The notes: generated from the sequence alone by a model not told the origin. Numbered from the stretch's first letter, positions 18,239 to 28,027 are shown. The stretch is DNA of 64,000 bases from Promethearchaeota archaeon (GCA_048939765.1 JBHLPF010000003.1:45936-109935), one strand, 5' to 3'. Translations and numbers: made by a program.

Positions 18239-19371
18239 GCCCTGACATCATAGATGAAACAACTGAAGTCTGGTTTGGGCCACAGCACGTATCCGCGCAC
18301 GGATGGGCGGCCAAACTGACTCTTGTTGGAGACTTTGTAGTGGAATGTGATCCGAACGCCGGATACTTCCATAGATCTGCTGAGAAGTGCTTGGAGTTCC
18401 GGAACTTCCAGCAAGGGTCTCTCATCATGGAACGGCTCTGCATGCTTGAGGCATTTCTAGCTGAATATCCCTACATCATGGCGGTTGAGAAGATAGCAGG
18501 GCTCGAAGTACCTGAACGAGCCAAGGTCATACGTACGATTATGATGGAGGCCAGCCGAATTCATTCATTGCAGTTCTGGTGGGGTCAATTCTCGGCTGAG
18601 CTCGGCTTATTCGCTATGTTGCTGTGGCCGTGGGTTGACCGTGAGTTCTTCCTCGACACTTTCGAGGAGCTCAGCGGTTCTCGTCATGCTGTTTCTTTCA
18701 GCACTCCTGGAGGAATAAGATATGATTTCACTGACAAGGTGCTCAGGAAGCTCGATATTGCCTTGGAGCGGTTTGAGGATCGGATGCCTATGATGCGAGA
18801 CATGCTCATGGGTAGTCCTACTTTCAGAGCAAGGACAGAGGGCATTGGTCAGTATACGCTGAAACAGGGGCTGAAGTACGGCTTGAGTGGACCACCGATT
18901 AAAGCATGTGGTCTACCAATGGACCTACGAAAAGATGCCCCTGACCCGAATCTAGCCTACGATATGATCGATTGGGAAGTTCCAATTACAGAGAGCAAGG
19001 AGCATCCTGGGGAGAGTGATGCCTACGATAGGATGGTCCAGCGATTCAAAGAGATGGAGACCTCAGCAGATATAATTCGAAAACTCATTCCATTAATTCC
19101 TGAGGGCCCGATTGTTGACCCCAAGGCACGAGCCAAGGCAAACAGACTTCCAGAGGGTGAGGCATACGGTCGTGTCGAAGGAACAAGAGGAATCTCAACT
19201 CTCTGGCTTAAGACCACTGAAAAGGCGCAGACTCCATACAGGGCCAAGATACGCGGACCCTGTTTCAACTCTTACTACTCATTGAAACATCTGGTCCCGG
19301 GTGCGAAGTTTGCAGACTTCATTGCCATTTTTGGATCGCTTGATCCATATCCAGGGTGGTGGGATCGCTGA
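18235..19371 (+). CDS. nuoD: complex I-like subunit D (no NiFe ligands)
   Basis: FGPQHVSAHG, GYFHRSAEK, ERLCMLE, EGTRG, PYRAKIRGP, GSLDPYPGWWDR. Confidence 0.92.
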   Translation: MSPDIIDETTEVWFGPQHVSAHGWAAKLTLVGDFVVECDPNAGYFHRSAEKCLEFRNFQQGSLIMERLCMLEAFLAEYPYIMAVEKIAGLEVPERAKVIRTIMMEASRIHSLQFWWGQFSAELGLFAMLLWPWVDREFFLDTFEELSGSRHAVSFSTPGGIRYDFTDKVLRKLDIALERFEDRMPMMRDMLMGSPTFRARTEGIGQYTLKQGLKYGLSGPPIKACGLPMDLRKDAPDPNLAYDMIDWEVPITESKEHPGESDAYDRMVQRFKEMETSADIIRKLIPLIPEGPIVDPKARAKANRLPEGEAYGRVEGTRGISTLWLKTTEKAQTPYRAKIRGPCFNSYYSLKHLVPGAKFADFIAIFGSLDPYPGWWDR

Positions 19372-20516
19372 TGGGAGGTGTCATGTTGCAAATAGACTTC
19401 TTCGCTTGGCTTCAAGGAATCCCTTCGTGGATCTACGGTGTGATTCAGTGGTTCTTCTACCTTGTCAGCGGGATATTCTACTGGATATGGGGGATATTCA
19501 CTTGGATCTGGGCAGCTCTATTTGATGTAGCCAACTTCTTTTTCCTGATTCGAGCAATACTATTCCCGGGTCTTGTCTTCATCCTCATGACGATTATCTT
19601 CGCAGTCTGGTATACTCGCAAGCTCTGGGGTAGAATTCAAGACAGACGAGGTCCTTTCCACCTAGGGAAATACGGAGGTCTCCAGCTCTTCGCAGACGCA
19701 ATCAAGCTTGTGGGGAAAGAGACTATCATTCCCGATAAGGCGAGGCGTTGGATGTACAGATTTCTTCCATCCTTGCTGCTTCTTGTCGTACTCATACCTT
19801 TCGCATTCATTCCATGGGATCCAGTATGGTACATCGCTGACCTCTCAGTCAGCCTCGTGCTTGTCTTTGCATTCTTGACAGCTGTTCCTGTAATTGCGTT
19901 GCTGTCCGGATGGATAAGCGGTTCAAAGTACACCCTAATTGGTGGGTTTAGAGCAGCTAACAATCAGTTCGCTAGCGAGATTCCGCTAATCATCTCATCC
20001 GTTGGTCCTGCGATGATTGCTGGGTCTCTTAGCGTAATGGGAATCTCGATGGCTCAGTCTAATATCTGGTTCATCTTCCTGCTACCAATCAACTTGGCCA
20101 CCTTCTTGGTCGCATCTATCGCATCCGTTGGTACATTTCCATTCGATGCCCCAGTTGCTGACTCGGAGGTCATCTTTGGTTGGAGGACTGAGTTCAGTGG
20201 TATTTACTTCACGCTCACTTATTTCGCGGAGTTCGCCGAGCAGGCGCTTTACTCAGCACTCATAGTTGCACTATTCCTTGGCGGGTTCCAAGGACCAGAT
20301 TTCTTGCCAGGGAGTGTGATATTCATCATCAAGTTCCTGATCGTATTCTTCTTTTTCGTCGTTGTGACTTCATCGTTCCATCGACTTAGACAGGACCAGA
20401 TTGTATACTTCTGCTGGAAGTATCTACTTCCATTGTCAATCCTGAACGTTATGCTTGTGATGTTGGGAATCGCCAACATACCCCTGCTACAAGCAATTAT
20501 TGGAATAGGAGGCTAG
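19371..20516 (+). CDS. nuoH: complex I-like subunit H
   Basis: RKLWGRIQDRRGP, GLQLFADAIKLVGKE, SKYTLIGGFR, PFDAPVADSE..GWRTEFSG, RLRQDQ. Confidence 0.93.
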   Translation: MGGVMLQIDFFAWLQGIPSWIYGVIQWFFYLVSGIFYWIWGIFTWIWAALFDVANFFFLIRAILFPGLVFILMTIIFAVWYTRKLWGRIQDRRGPFHLGKYGGLQLFADAIKLVGKETIIPDKARRWMYRFLPSLLLLVVLIPFAFIPWDPVWYIADLSVSLVLVFAFLTAVPVIALLSGWISGSKYTLIGGFRAANNQFASEIPLIISSVGPAMIAGSLSVMGISMAQSNIWFIFLLPINLATFLVASIASVGTFPFDAPVADSEVIFGWRTEFSGIYFTLTYFAEFAEQALYSALIVALFLGGFQGPDFLPGSVIFIIKFLIVFFFFVVVTSSFHRLRQDQIVYFCWKYLLPLSILNVMLVMLGIANIPLLQAIIGIGG

Positions 20517-20522
20517 AGCAAG

Positions 20523-20954
20523 ATGGGATTCTTCAGAAACCTAGGTGACATATTCCAGATATTGAGACATATATTCCGTCAAGTGATGTCCCGTCCATTC
20601 ACGTACTTCTATCCATTCGAGGACAGGGAATATCCCGAGAGGACTCGTGGCAGGCACATTCACGTGCGAGAGAATTGCACAGCCTGCATGCAGTGTGTAC
20701 GAGCTTGTCCTGTTGTAGCTATTAGTATCGATAAGAGTGATAAGAAGTTCGAGAAGGACGCAGCCCTAACCTTTGATTATACAAGGTGTATCTTCTGTGG
20801 CTTATGCGTTCAAGCCTGCAGATTTGATGCACTATTTCACACCCAGGTGGTAGATATCAGCGAGGGAGAGAGGGAGGACTTGGTCTACGGTCCTGACAAG
20901 ATAGAGACTCTCGATAGAGACCCGCTTGAGTGGCGTGGAAGGAGGTTCCGTTGA
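20523..20954 (+). CDS. nuoI: complex I-like subunit I (2x[4Fe-4S])
   Basis: TYFYPFE..RTRGR, CTACMQCVRACP, CIFCGLCVQAC. Confidence 0.93.
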   Translation: MGFFRNLGDIFQILRHIFRQVMSRPFTYFYPFEDREYPERTRGRHIHVRENCTACMQCVRACPVVAISIDKSDKKFEKDAALTFDYTRCIFCGLCVQACRFDALFHTQVVDISEGEREDLVYGPDKIETLDRDPLEWRGRRFR

Positions 20955-22471
20955 TGCAGCTAGCATTCGAGTTCCCATTTATGACCTTGTCCTTACTAGT
21001 CCTCTTTATCGGAGGGCTTTTGATCTACCTCTTCCGCGGTCGACTCGAAAAGACGTCTGGAAAAATCGCAGTTGGCTTCTCGGCGGTGGGGGCATTGCTA
21101 ATGGTGCCTCCATTCTACCGCATCCTGGTCGAAGGTGGTCGGGCGGCTGAGAAGGTTTCGTGGTCAGTTGTGCTCGGAGAGTTCGGTCTCTATTTGGATG
21201 AGATTGCCTTCCCAATTACGTTCGCAGTTGTTGTCTTGGGATTCCTTTCAGTCATCTATGCCGTAGGTTATACTGAGCATACTGAGAACAAGCCCACCTT
21301 CTTCGCAAACACACTATTCTTCATAATGGGCATGCAAGGAGTGACGCTTGCCACCAATTTGCTGGAGTTCTTCATTTTCTGGGAAATCATGCTTGTCCCA
21401 TCATACTTCCTGATTCTGTTTTGGGGCTTGCCTGAGACCCGAAAACGAACCGCCCTCAAGTTCTGGCTCTATACACAGGCTGGAGCGGTCTGTATTCTGA
21501 TCGCCCTAGGACTTTTGTACTTCTTCACAGGCACCTTTGAACTCTACACCATACTAGCAATGGCTCCTGCCATATGGTCAGACCTCCGACTATTGCAGAT
21601 TATTTTCATCTTGTTCGCTGCTGGCTTTTTAGTCAAGATGGCAGCTTTCCCTGTGCATTGGTGGTTGCCTCCAGTTCACGCCGAAGCTCCGACTCCTATC
21701 TCAGTTCTGCTATCCGGAGCTATGATTGAGACTGGTGCATATGCTCTCGTCCGTTTCGGAATCATAACGCTTGGACCTGCAGCTGCGTCTCTCTCATTCT
21801 GGATTGGAGTACTTGGTGTGGCTACGATGTTCTACGGAGGAGCTATGGCGCTCGTCCAGAAAGACATCAAGAGACTGCTAGCCTACTCATCGGTCTCCCA
21901 GATGGGCTACGTTTTGTTTGCACTCGGAATGATAACCACAATGGGGGTATCCGGTGGTCTATTCCACCTCATCAATCACGCCTTCAGCAAGGGTGTCTTG
22001 TTTATGACTGCTGGAGCGGTGATTCATCAGACTCATCTAAGGGACGTCGACAAGATGGGCGGTCTCTCAAACAAGATGCCCATCACCGCATTTGCCGCGG
22101 CTATCGGCGCAATGAGCATCGCAGGGAGCCCCCCTCTCTCTGGATTCGCCAGTGAGTGGATGATGTTTCTCGGCGGCTTTGACGCCGCTCAGATGGGACC
22201 AGGAGGCCTTGCAAGACCTGAGTTCTTCTTCCTGTCCATCTTGGCTGTTTCAAGCTCCATATTGAGTGCCGGCTACATGCTCCGGTATCTCTGGAAGGTC
22301 TTTCTTGGGCCTCATCCAGCTGAACTGGAGGATGTCAAGGAGAGCTCGGACTGGATGACTGCTCCAATGATCATCCTTGGAGTTCTCATCGTGTTATTTG
22401 GAATATTCCCAGGATTGGCACTGGATGTCATAGTTCCTGGCGTAGAAGGAATATCTACCCTGCTTCCATGA
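20954..22471 (+). CDS. extra antiporter-like subunit (NuoM/MrpD/HyfB family)
   Basis: FFIFWEIMLVP, VKMAAFPVHWWLPPVHAEAPTP, KRLLAYSSVSQMG, NHAFSKG, PPLSGFASE. Confidence 0.88.
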   Translation: MQLAFEFPFMTLSLLVLFIGGLLIYLFRGRLEKTSGKIAVGFSAVGALLMVPPFYRILVEGGRAAEKVSWSVVLGEFGLYLDEIAFPITFAVVVLGFLSVIYAVGYTEHTENKPTFFANTLFFIMGMQGVTLATNLLEFFIFWEIMLVPSYFLILFWGLPETRKRTALKFWLYTQAGAVCILIALGLLYFFTGTFELYTILAMAPAIWSDLRLLQIIFILFAAGFLVKMAAFPVHWWLPPVHAEAPTPISVLLSGAMIETGAYALVRFGIITLGPAAASLSFWIGVLGVATMFYGGAMALVQKDIKRLLAYSSVSQMGYVLFALGMITTMGVSGGLFHLINHAFSKGVLFMTAGAVIHQTHLRDVDKMGGLSNKMPITAFAAAIGAMSIAGSPPLSGFASEWMMFLGGFDAAQMGPGGLARPEFFFLSILAVSSSILSAGYMLRYLWKVFLGPHPAELEDVKESSDWMTAPMIILGVLIVLFGIFPGLALDVIVPGVEGISTLLP

Positions 22472-22476
22472 GGTGA

Positions 22477-24801
22477 TTGACAGTGTTGCTAGGACTCCCC
22501 TATTGGCTTATCCTCGTAATTCCACTGCTTGGCTCCCTCCTCGTTCCACTTGTTGGAAGGTTCAGTGAGCGTGCACGAGACTGGACTCCTGCGATCCTAA
22601 TGGGAATCTCTATGGTCTTCTGCTGGTCGCTGCTGCCTGAAATCGGCCATCCTACTCAGACAACAAGCTGGATGTGGATTGAAGTTCTAGGGCTCGAATT
22701 TGAAGTGCTTCTAGATCCGCTCTCTGTTGTGATGGGCATTCTAGCCAGCACCCTCTGTTTCCTCATCTATGTCTATTCAACCGAATATATGGCTCATGAA
22801 GGAGACCGTGACCGGTTCTTCTTCCTCATGCTTGCCTTCGGCGGCGGAATGCTCACGCTCGTGCTCAGCAACAATCTGCTGATCGCATTCATCGGATGGG
22901 AGATCATGGGATTCTGCTCCTACGGTTTGATAGGATTCTGGAATGACAAGAGGAACCCTCCCGAGACCGACCCGACAGACATTCACTACACAAACCCACT
23001 TCTTCAATTCAAGACCGAGGGACAGTATAACACTCACTGCGGGACCAAGGCATTCGTTGTTACCCGTATCGGTGATGCATTCATGCTTGGTGGAATCCTG
23101 ATTCTCTTCGTCTTCACCGGCACTTTCTCATTCACCGAGATGGCTGCTGATGCCCAATCTTGGTGGAGCACCATGGCTGGCATTGGCATGCTAGTGCCTA
23201 CATTCTTGCTTATCTTCATGGGCGCTATTGGTAAGTCTGGACAGGCACCATTGCAGGTTTGGCTACCAGAGGCTATGGCGGGTCCAACAAGCGTATCTGC
23301 TCTCATCCACGCTGCAACGATGGTCAAGGCGGGAGTCTATATCACCGCACGATTCCTAGTCACAATGGTATCAGCAGCTGGCGGTGAGGGAAATGGAGGA
23401 GAACATATTGCTGGTCTACAGGCAATTGGCTTTGAGGCTGCACTGACGTTCTTCATCTTTGTAGCGATTATAGGCGGCATAACTGCCCTCATGACTGCGA
23501 CCATGGGAATGGTCTCAAACGAGCTCAAGCAGATACTGGCGTTCTCAACACTCAGCCAGCTTGGATACATGATGCTCTCACTAGGTGTGGGTGGCGTTCT
23601 TCAGGCCGAGGGACTTCATTTCGGTGATGCATACTTGAGTGGCGTTATGCATGTGATTTCGCATGGTGCCTTCAAGGCTCTTTTGTTCCTTGCATCAGGA
23701 GGAGTCATCCATGCTGTGCATTCGAAGTTCATTACCAAGATGGGGGGTCTCAAGCAACACATGCGTAAGACCTTCATCGTTATGTGGATTGGTGTTCTCG
23801 CTCTTGCAGGCATACCGCCGTTCTCAGGGTTCTGGTCAAAGGACTCTATCATCGAGTATGCCTATGAGCTGGCGGTTGAATGGCCGAATCCGTTAGGTTG
23901 GATGCTATTCTTCTTTGCAGTCCTAGCAGCCGCCTGCACACTATTTTATAGCCTCCGACTCATGGGCATCACTTTCTATGGCCCTTCCAAGGAGAGTCAC
24001 GACCATCACGAGTCACACGGCTCACACGAGAATGAGGAATCCGAAGAACATGAAGAGTTACATTATGATGACCTAGATGAGCAAGAAGAATCGCATGATG
24101 ATGATTCAGAGGAGCATGAAGAACCGCATGACAGCCCCTCTGAAGAGCAGGATCACTCAACTCCTCATGATCCGGGACCGGCAATGATGGTGCCATTGTA
24201 TATACTAGCGGCTTTCACAATCATTGCATTCCTCGTCTTCCCATTCGTTCAGAACATTGTGCTTGAGGAGAGCCACACCTGGGCTGAGAACTTTGCTCAC
24301 ATGATAGAAGTCAAGCTAACCTACCCGGGCATCGTGCCGTTCATGATTACACTTGGCGCACTCGCTTTGGGTGGAATTCCTGGATATGTGATGTACATCA
24401 GGGGTGCAGACACTCCCAACACTTGGGTTCCGGAGAAAGGCTTTCGAAGGAGAGTTCATAATTTCCTCAAGCACCGATGGTACATCAACGAAATGTACTA
24501 TGGATTACTAAACCGATTCCTGAGTGCTGCCGAGCGTTACCGAGTGAATGTTGACGATAAGATCATCGATGGCATCGACTTCAAGTCCGCTGACACAGGC
24601 AAAGGCCTTGCCACCAAATTGAGGTGGTTCGATGACAATGTGGTTGACGGCTTTGCTGAGGGGGTATCTACGTACAGTGTTGCCGCTTCAGAGTCTGGCC
24701 AATCTGCACAGACTGGTCGAGTCAATGACTACGTTGGAGTGATCATGTTCGGGATTGGGATACTTGTCATCATTGTTCTTCTGTCGCTGGGGGTGCTCTA
24801 G
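22477..24801 (+). CDS. nuoL: complex I-like subunit L (His/acid-rich insertion)
   Basis: GWEIMG, KAFVVTRIGD, GKSGQAPLQVWLPEAMAGPTSVSALIHAATMV, AFSTLSQLG, GFWSKD, QTGRVNDY. Confidence 0.93.
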   Translation: MTVLLGLPYWLILVIPLLGSLLVPLVGRFSERARDWTPAILMGISMVFCWSLLPEIGHPTQTTSWMWIEVLGLEFEVLLDPLSVVMGILASTLCFLIYVYSTEYMAHEGDRDRFFFLMLAFGGGMLTLVLSNNLLIAFIGWEIMGFCSYGLIGFWNDKRNPPETDPTDIHYTNPLLQFKTEGQYNTHCGTKAFVVTRIGDAFMLGGILILFVFTGTFSFTEMAADAQSWWSTMAGIGMLVPTFLLIFMGAIGKSGQAPLQVWLPEAMAGPTSVSALIHAATMVKAGVYITARFLVTMVSAAGGEGNGGEHIAGLQAIGFEAALTFFIFVAIIGGITALMTATMGMVSNELKQILAFSTLSQLGYMMLSLGVGGVLQAEGLHFGDAYLSGVMHVISHGAFKALLFLASGGVIHAVHSKFITKMGGLKQHMRKTFIVMWIGVLALAGIPPFSGFWSKDSIIEYAYELAVEWPNPLGWMLFFFAVLAAACTLFYSLRLMGITFYGPSKESHDHHESHGSHENEESEEHEELHYDDLDEQEESHDDDSEEHEEPHDSPSEEQDHSTPHDPGPAMMVPLYILAAFTIIAFLVFPFVQNIVLEESHTWAENFAHMIEVKLTYPGIVPFMITLGALALGGIPGYVMYIRGADTPNTWVPEKGFRRRVHNFLKHRWYINEMYYGLLNRFLSAAERYRVNVDDKIIDGIDFKSADTGKGLATKLRWFDDNVVDGFAEGVSTYSVAASESGQSAQTGRVNDYVGVIMFGIGILVIIVLLSLGVL

Positions 24802-24802
24802 A

Positions 24803-26347
24803 ATGCAGCTAGATCTCATCCAAAATCTTATCGCAATGTTGCCTATGGAAAGCATCCTCCCCTTCATGCTTTTCCTACCACTTGTAGCAGCATTCATCGC
24901 TTACATCGTTGGAGGCAGAGGAGCTAGAGCAATTACCATTGCCATTACTTTCTTCGAGCTGTTGCTTTCAATCGTCCTTATTGTCGCCATTTTGCCTAAT
25001 CCTGGAGCAATGTGGTATGAATGGACATTTACACTCAGTACAGTGCAATTCGCAAGCTGGACCGCGGTTCTTCAGATATTTCTTGGAGTCGATGGAATCT
25101 CAGTTGCTATGGTGTTCCTATCAAACCTCGTAGTCTTCATTGCGGCTCTTAGCTCAAATCATATCCACAAATCCAGGCACCTGTATTACATGTTCTTCCT
25201 GATGCTCCAGACAGGGCTGCTTGGCGTTTTCATGTCATTTGATCTTATCAGCTTCTTCATTTTCTGGGAGTTGGTCCTGATACCGATGTTCTTCATAATT
25301 GGTAGATGGGGAGAAGAGGGATGTGAACATGCAGCTGTCAAATTCTTCATCTATACACATCTTGGATCGGCTGTGATGCTGGTCTCATTCATGGCACTGT
25401 TCTTCCTGGGACCCGGTACATTCAACATGATTGCTATCAAGGCTGCACCCATTGCAATCAACATCCAAATTGGTTTTGCTCTGGCTGTCTTTCTGGGTGC
25501 TGGCGTCAAGCTCCCAGTGTTTCCCTTGCACAACTGGCTTCCATGGGCCCACGTTAAAGCACCGACTCCTGGTTCAGTGATACTCGCTGGGATACTCTTG
25601 AAGATGGGAGGATATGGATTCATCAGACTAGGTCTCTGGATGGTCCCGCAGGGATTTGCTCGACTCAGTATCCCATTCGCTGTCCTCGCGGTCTTCACAT
25701 GCATCTATGCTGCATTCGTAGCAATGGGCCAGACTGACGTGAAGTCAATGGTCGCCTACACATCGATAAACCACATGGCTTGGGTGTTGCTTGGAGTTGC
25801 CATTGGAGGATTTGCCATCGGTGGTGGAGCTACGGAAGGTCAGCTCTTCTCAGCTAGTCTTGCAGTTCAGGGAGCGGTTTTCATGATGGTATCTCATGGG
25901 ATGATCTCCTCTGTCATGTTCATCCTCGCCGGCCAGCTGAAGTACTCAGCTGGAAGCAGATTGATACCTGATGTCATGGGTCTGATGACAAAGGCTCCTA
26001 GGATGTCGGCAGTCTTTATCCTCGCAGTCTTCGCAGCCTTTGGATTGCCCGGAATGAGTGGATTCATTGCGGAAGCATTAGTGCTCTTTGGCTCTGTGAA
26101 TGTCTATATCTGGTCTGGCTTCATTGCGTTCGGCATCTTTGTCACAGTGGGCTATCTCCTCTGGACACTGAACCGAATTGTGTTTAGTGACCCTGATTCT
26201 GAGAAGGAAGTTACTGAAGCACCATGGAGTGATCTTATTGCGCCAATCTTGATGATGATACCAGTGATTATCCTTGGGCTCTGGCCAGACCTTGTCCTTA
26301 ATCTAGTGATACCAATAGTCAATGACATGATAGGGGTGATTCCATGA
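24803..26347 (+). CDS. nuoM: complex I-like subunit M
   Basis: LGVDGIS, FFIFWELVLIPMFF, VKLPVFPLHNWLPWAHVKAPT, LLKMGGYG, GLPGMSGFIAE. Confidence 0.92.
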   Translation: MQLDLIQNLIAMLPMESILPFMLFLPLVAAFIAYIVGGRGARAITIAITFFELLLSIVLIVAILPNPGAMWYEWTFTLSTVQFASWTAVLQIFLGVDGISVAMVFLSNLVVFIAALSSNHIHKSRHLYYMFFLMLQTGLLGVFMSFDLISFFIFWELVLIPMFFIIGRWGEEGCEHAAVKFFIYTHLGSAVMLVSFMALFFLGPGTFNMIAIKAAPIAINIQIGFALAVFLGAGVKLPVFPLHNWLPWAHVKAPTPGSVILAGILLKMGGYGFIRLGLWMVPQGFARLSIPFAVLAVFTCIYAAFVAMGQTDVKSMVAYTSINHMAWVLLGVAIGGFAIGGGATEGQLFSASLAVQGAVFMMVSHGMISSVMFILAGQLKYSAGSRLIPDVMGLMTKAPRMSAVFILAVFAAFGLPGMSGFIAEALVLFGSVNVYIWSGFIAFGIFVTVGYLLWTLNRIVFSDPDSEKEVTEAPWSDLIAPILMMIPVIILGLWPDLVLNLVIPIVNDMIGVIP

Positions 26348-27822
26348 TGCTACAATTCTCAACGATAATCGATGCTATCAGCGACATCCTGAGTCCCTTC
26401 TTTGCACTTGTCCCGGCGGAGTGGCTGGTATCGCTGCCAGCATTGACACTTATCCTATTCGGAATCATTGCACTTATTGTTGGAATGAGAAGAAGTCCAT
26501 TGGCAGTAAGTTTCATTGGTCTATTCCTTGCGGGTCTTGAGATGATTCTCATCGACCCAGGTTCTTCATTTGGAGGGCTATTCGTAAGAGACATGTTTGG
26601 TGATTTCTTCATCTGGATCATTCTTGTTGTCGCGTTTATTATCTTGCTCTCGTCAACTACATATGGAGGAAATAGAGGCACATACAACTTTCTCCTCATG
26701 ATGTCATTTGCTGGCGCAATATGGGTCGTCATGGCGACTGATCTTATTGCCCTGTATCTTGCCTGGGAATTAATGAGTACTCCAACATACATACTCGTCG
26801 CCTTAGGACCTCATCGAGGAGCCATAGACGGAGCAACGAAGTACTTCGTCATGGGACTGGTGTCTTCAGGCCTTATCGTATTTGGAATCGCACTAGTCTA
26901 TGGCGCTACAGGTTATACAAGCTTTGCAGCGATAGGCACATTCGTGGCTTCTGTGTGGAGTGCCGGTTCACCTTCCGCCTATGCAATGCTTCTTGCTATG
27001 GTGCTATTCCTGATAGGCTTCGGATTCAAAGTCGGGGTGTTCCCAGGATGGATGTGGGTTCCGGATGCATACGCCACCGCCGATGGAAGCGTTACAGGTT
27101 ATCTCGCCGGCGCGACCAAAAAGACCGGTGTCAGTGCCTTGCTCAGAATACTGCTTGTAGGATTTGTTGCAGCGCAGTTGGAATGGATGCCTGTGGTTGT
27201 GACCATCTCCATCCTTACAATGGTCATTGGAAACATCCTTGCGCTCTCACAACGTAATATCATGAGAATGTTTGCTTTCTCGTCGATTATGATGATGGGC
27301 CTCCTTTTCGTGGGGATAGCTGCAGGGACTGCTTTCGGAGCAGCAGCTGCGATGTTCACTGCGTTTGCCCATGCTCTCATAAAGACAGGTGCATTCATCC
27401 TCGTCTGGGCATTAGCTGTGTCTATTGGAAAAGAAGTCACATATGAAGATCTGAAAGGGCTCAGTACCCGTGCTCCGGTTGTGGCCCTACTAATGGCCGT
27501 TCTGGTCTTTGCGCTGGCAGGTGCTCCTTTCACAGCAGGATTCTGGTTCAAGTGGTTCCTATTGCCTGGAGCTGCGGTTGATGCCGGACTTTGGTGGTTG
27601 GCAATAATTGCTGTACTGAACTCAGTGTTCGCACTTGGCTATTATCTGAGGATTCTCAGGTATTGCTACTTCATGGAACCAACAGAAAGCACAATCCTGC
27701 GCATACCAACAATTCCTCTTGTCGCAGTGGTACTCGCAGTCGTGGGCACAATAGTAATTGGCATATTCCCAGGTCTAATCCTAGACTATGCATCATTAGC
27801 AGCTGGAGTCCTCGTCCCATAG
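26344..27822 (+). CDS. nuoN: complex I-like subunit N
   Basis: DLIALYLAWELMS, KYFVMG, GFKVG..WVPDAY, GNILALSQ, AGAPFTAGFWFK, YYLR. Confidence 0.92.
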   Translation: MMLQFSTIIDAISDILSPFFALVPAEWLVSLPALTLILFGIIALIVGMRRSPLAVSFIGLFLAGLEMILIDPGSSFGGLFVRDMFGDFFIWIILVVAFIILLSSTTYGGNRGTYNFLLMMSFAGAIWVVMATDLIALYLAWELMSTPTYILVALGPHRGAIDGATKYFVMGLVSSGLIVFGIALVYGATGYTSFAAIGTFVASVWSAGSPSAYAMLLAMVLFLIGFGFKVGVFPGWMWVPDAYATADGSVTGYLAGATKKTGVSALLRILLVGFVAAQLEWMPVVVTISILTMVIGNILALSQRNIMRMFAFSSIMMMGLLFVGIAAGTAFGAAAAMFTAFAHALIKTGAFILVWALAVSIGKEVTYEDLKGLSTRAPVVALLMAVLVFALAGAPFTAGFWFKWFLLPGAAVDAGLWWLAIIAVLNSVFALGYYLRILRYCYFMEPTESTILRIPTIPLVAVVLAVVGTIVIGIFPGLILDYASLAAGVLVP

Positions 27823-27979
27823 CTCGGTAGAATCAGCATAGGTTACCGTAAAGCAAGTGACTTCCCAAATGGAAACTTGATGAGTTAAGTACCTTTGATG
27901 GGTGTGCCTGACATCCTAGTGTTCGTTACTAATCCCTGACATCTCAGATCATTTGTTGCGCGCAAGTCGCCATTGATCT

Positions 27980-28019
27980 AAAAGGGCGAGAGAAACGGGG
28001 CCAGCCTGCTCTTTCGCCC
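27980..28019 (-). terminator. stem-loop + U-tract downstream of the GTPase gene
   Basis: - strand GGGCGAAAGAG...CTCTCGCCC followed by TTTT. Confidence 0.5.
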
Positions 28020-28027
28020 ACCATATT

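Noticed and set aside
18235-19371. Group 4 [NiFe]-hydrogenase large subunit
   Set aside because: Neither CxxC motif is present (CMLE and YPGW) and there are no maturation genes in the window
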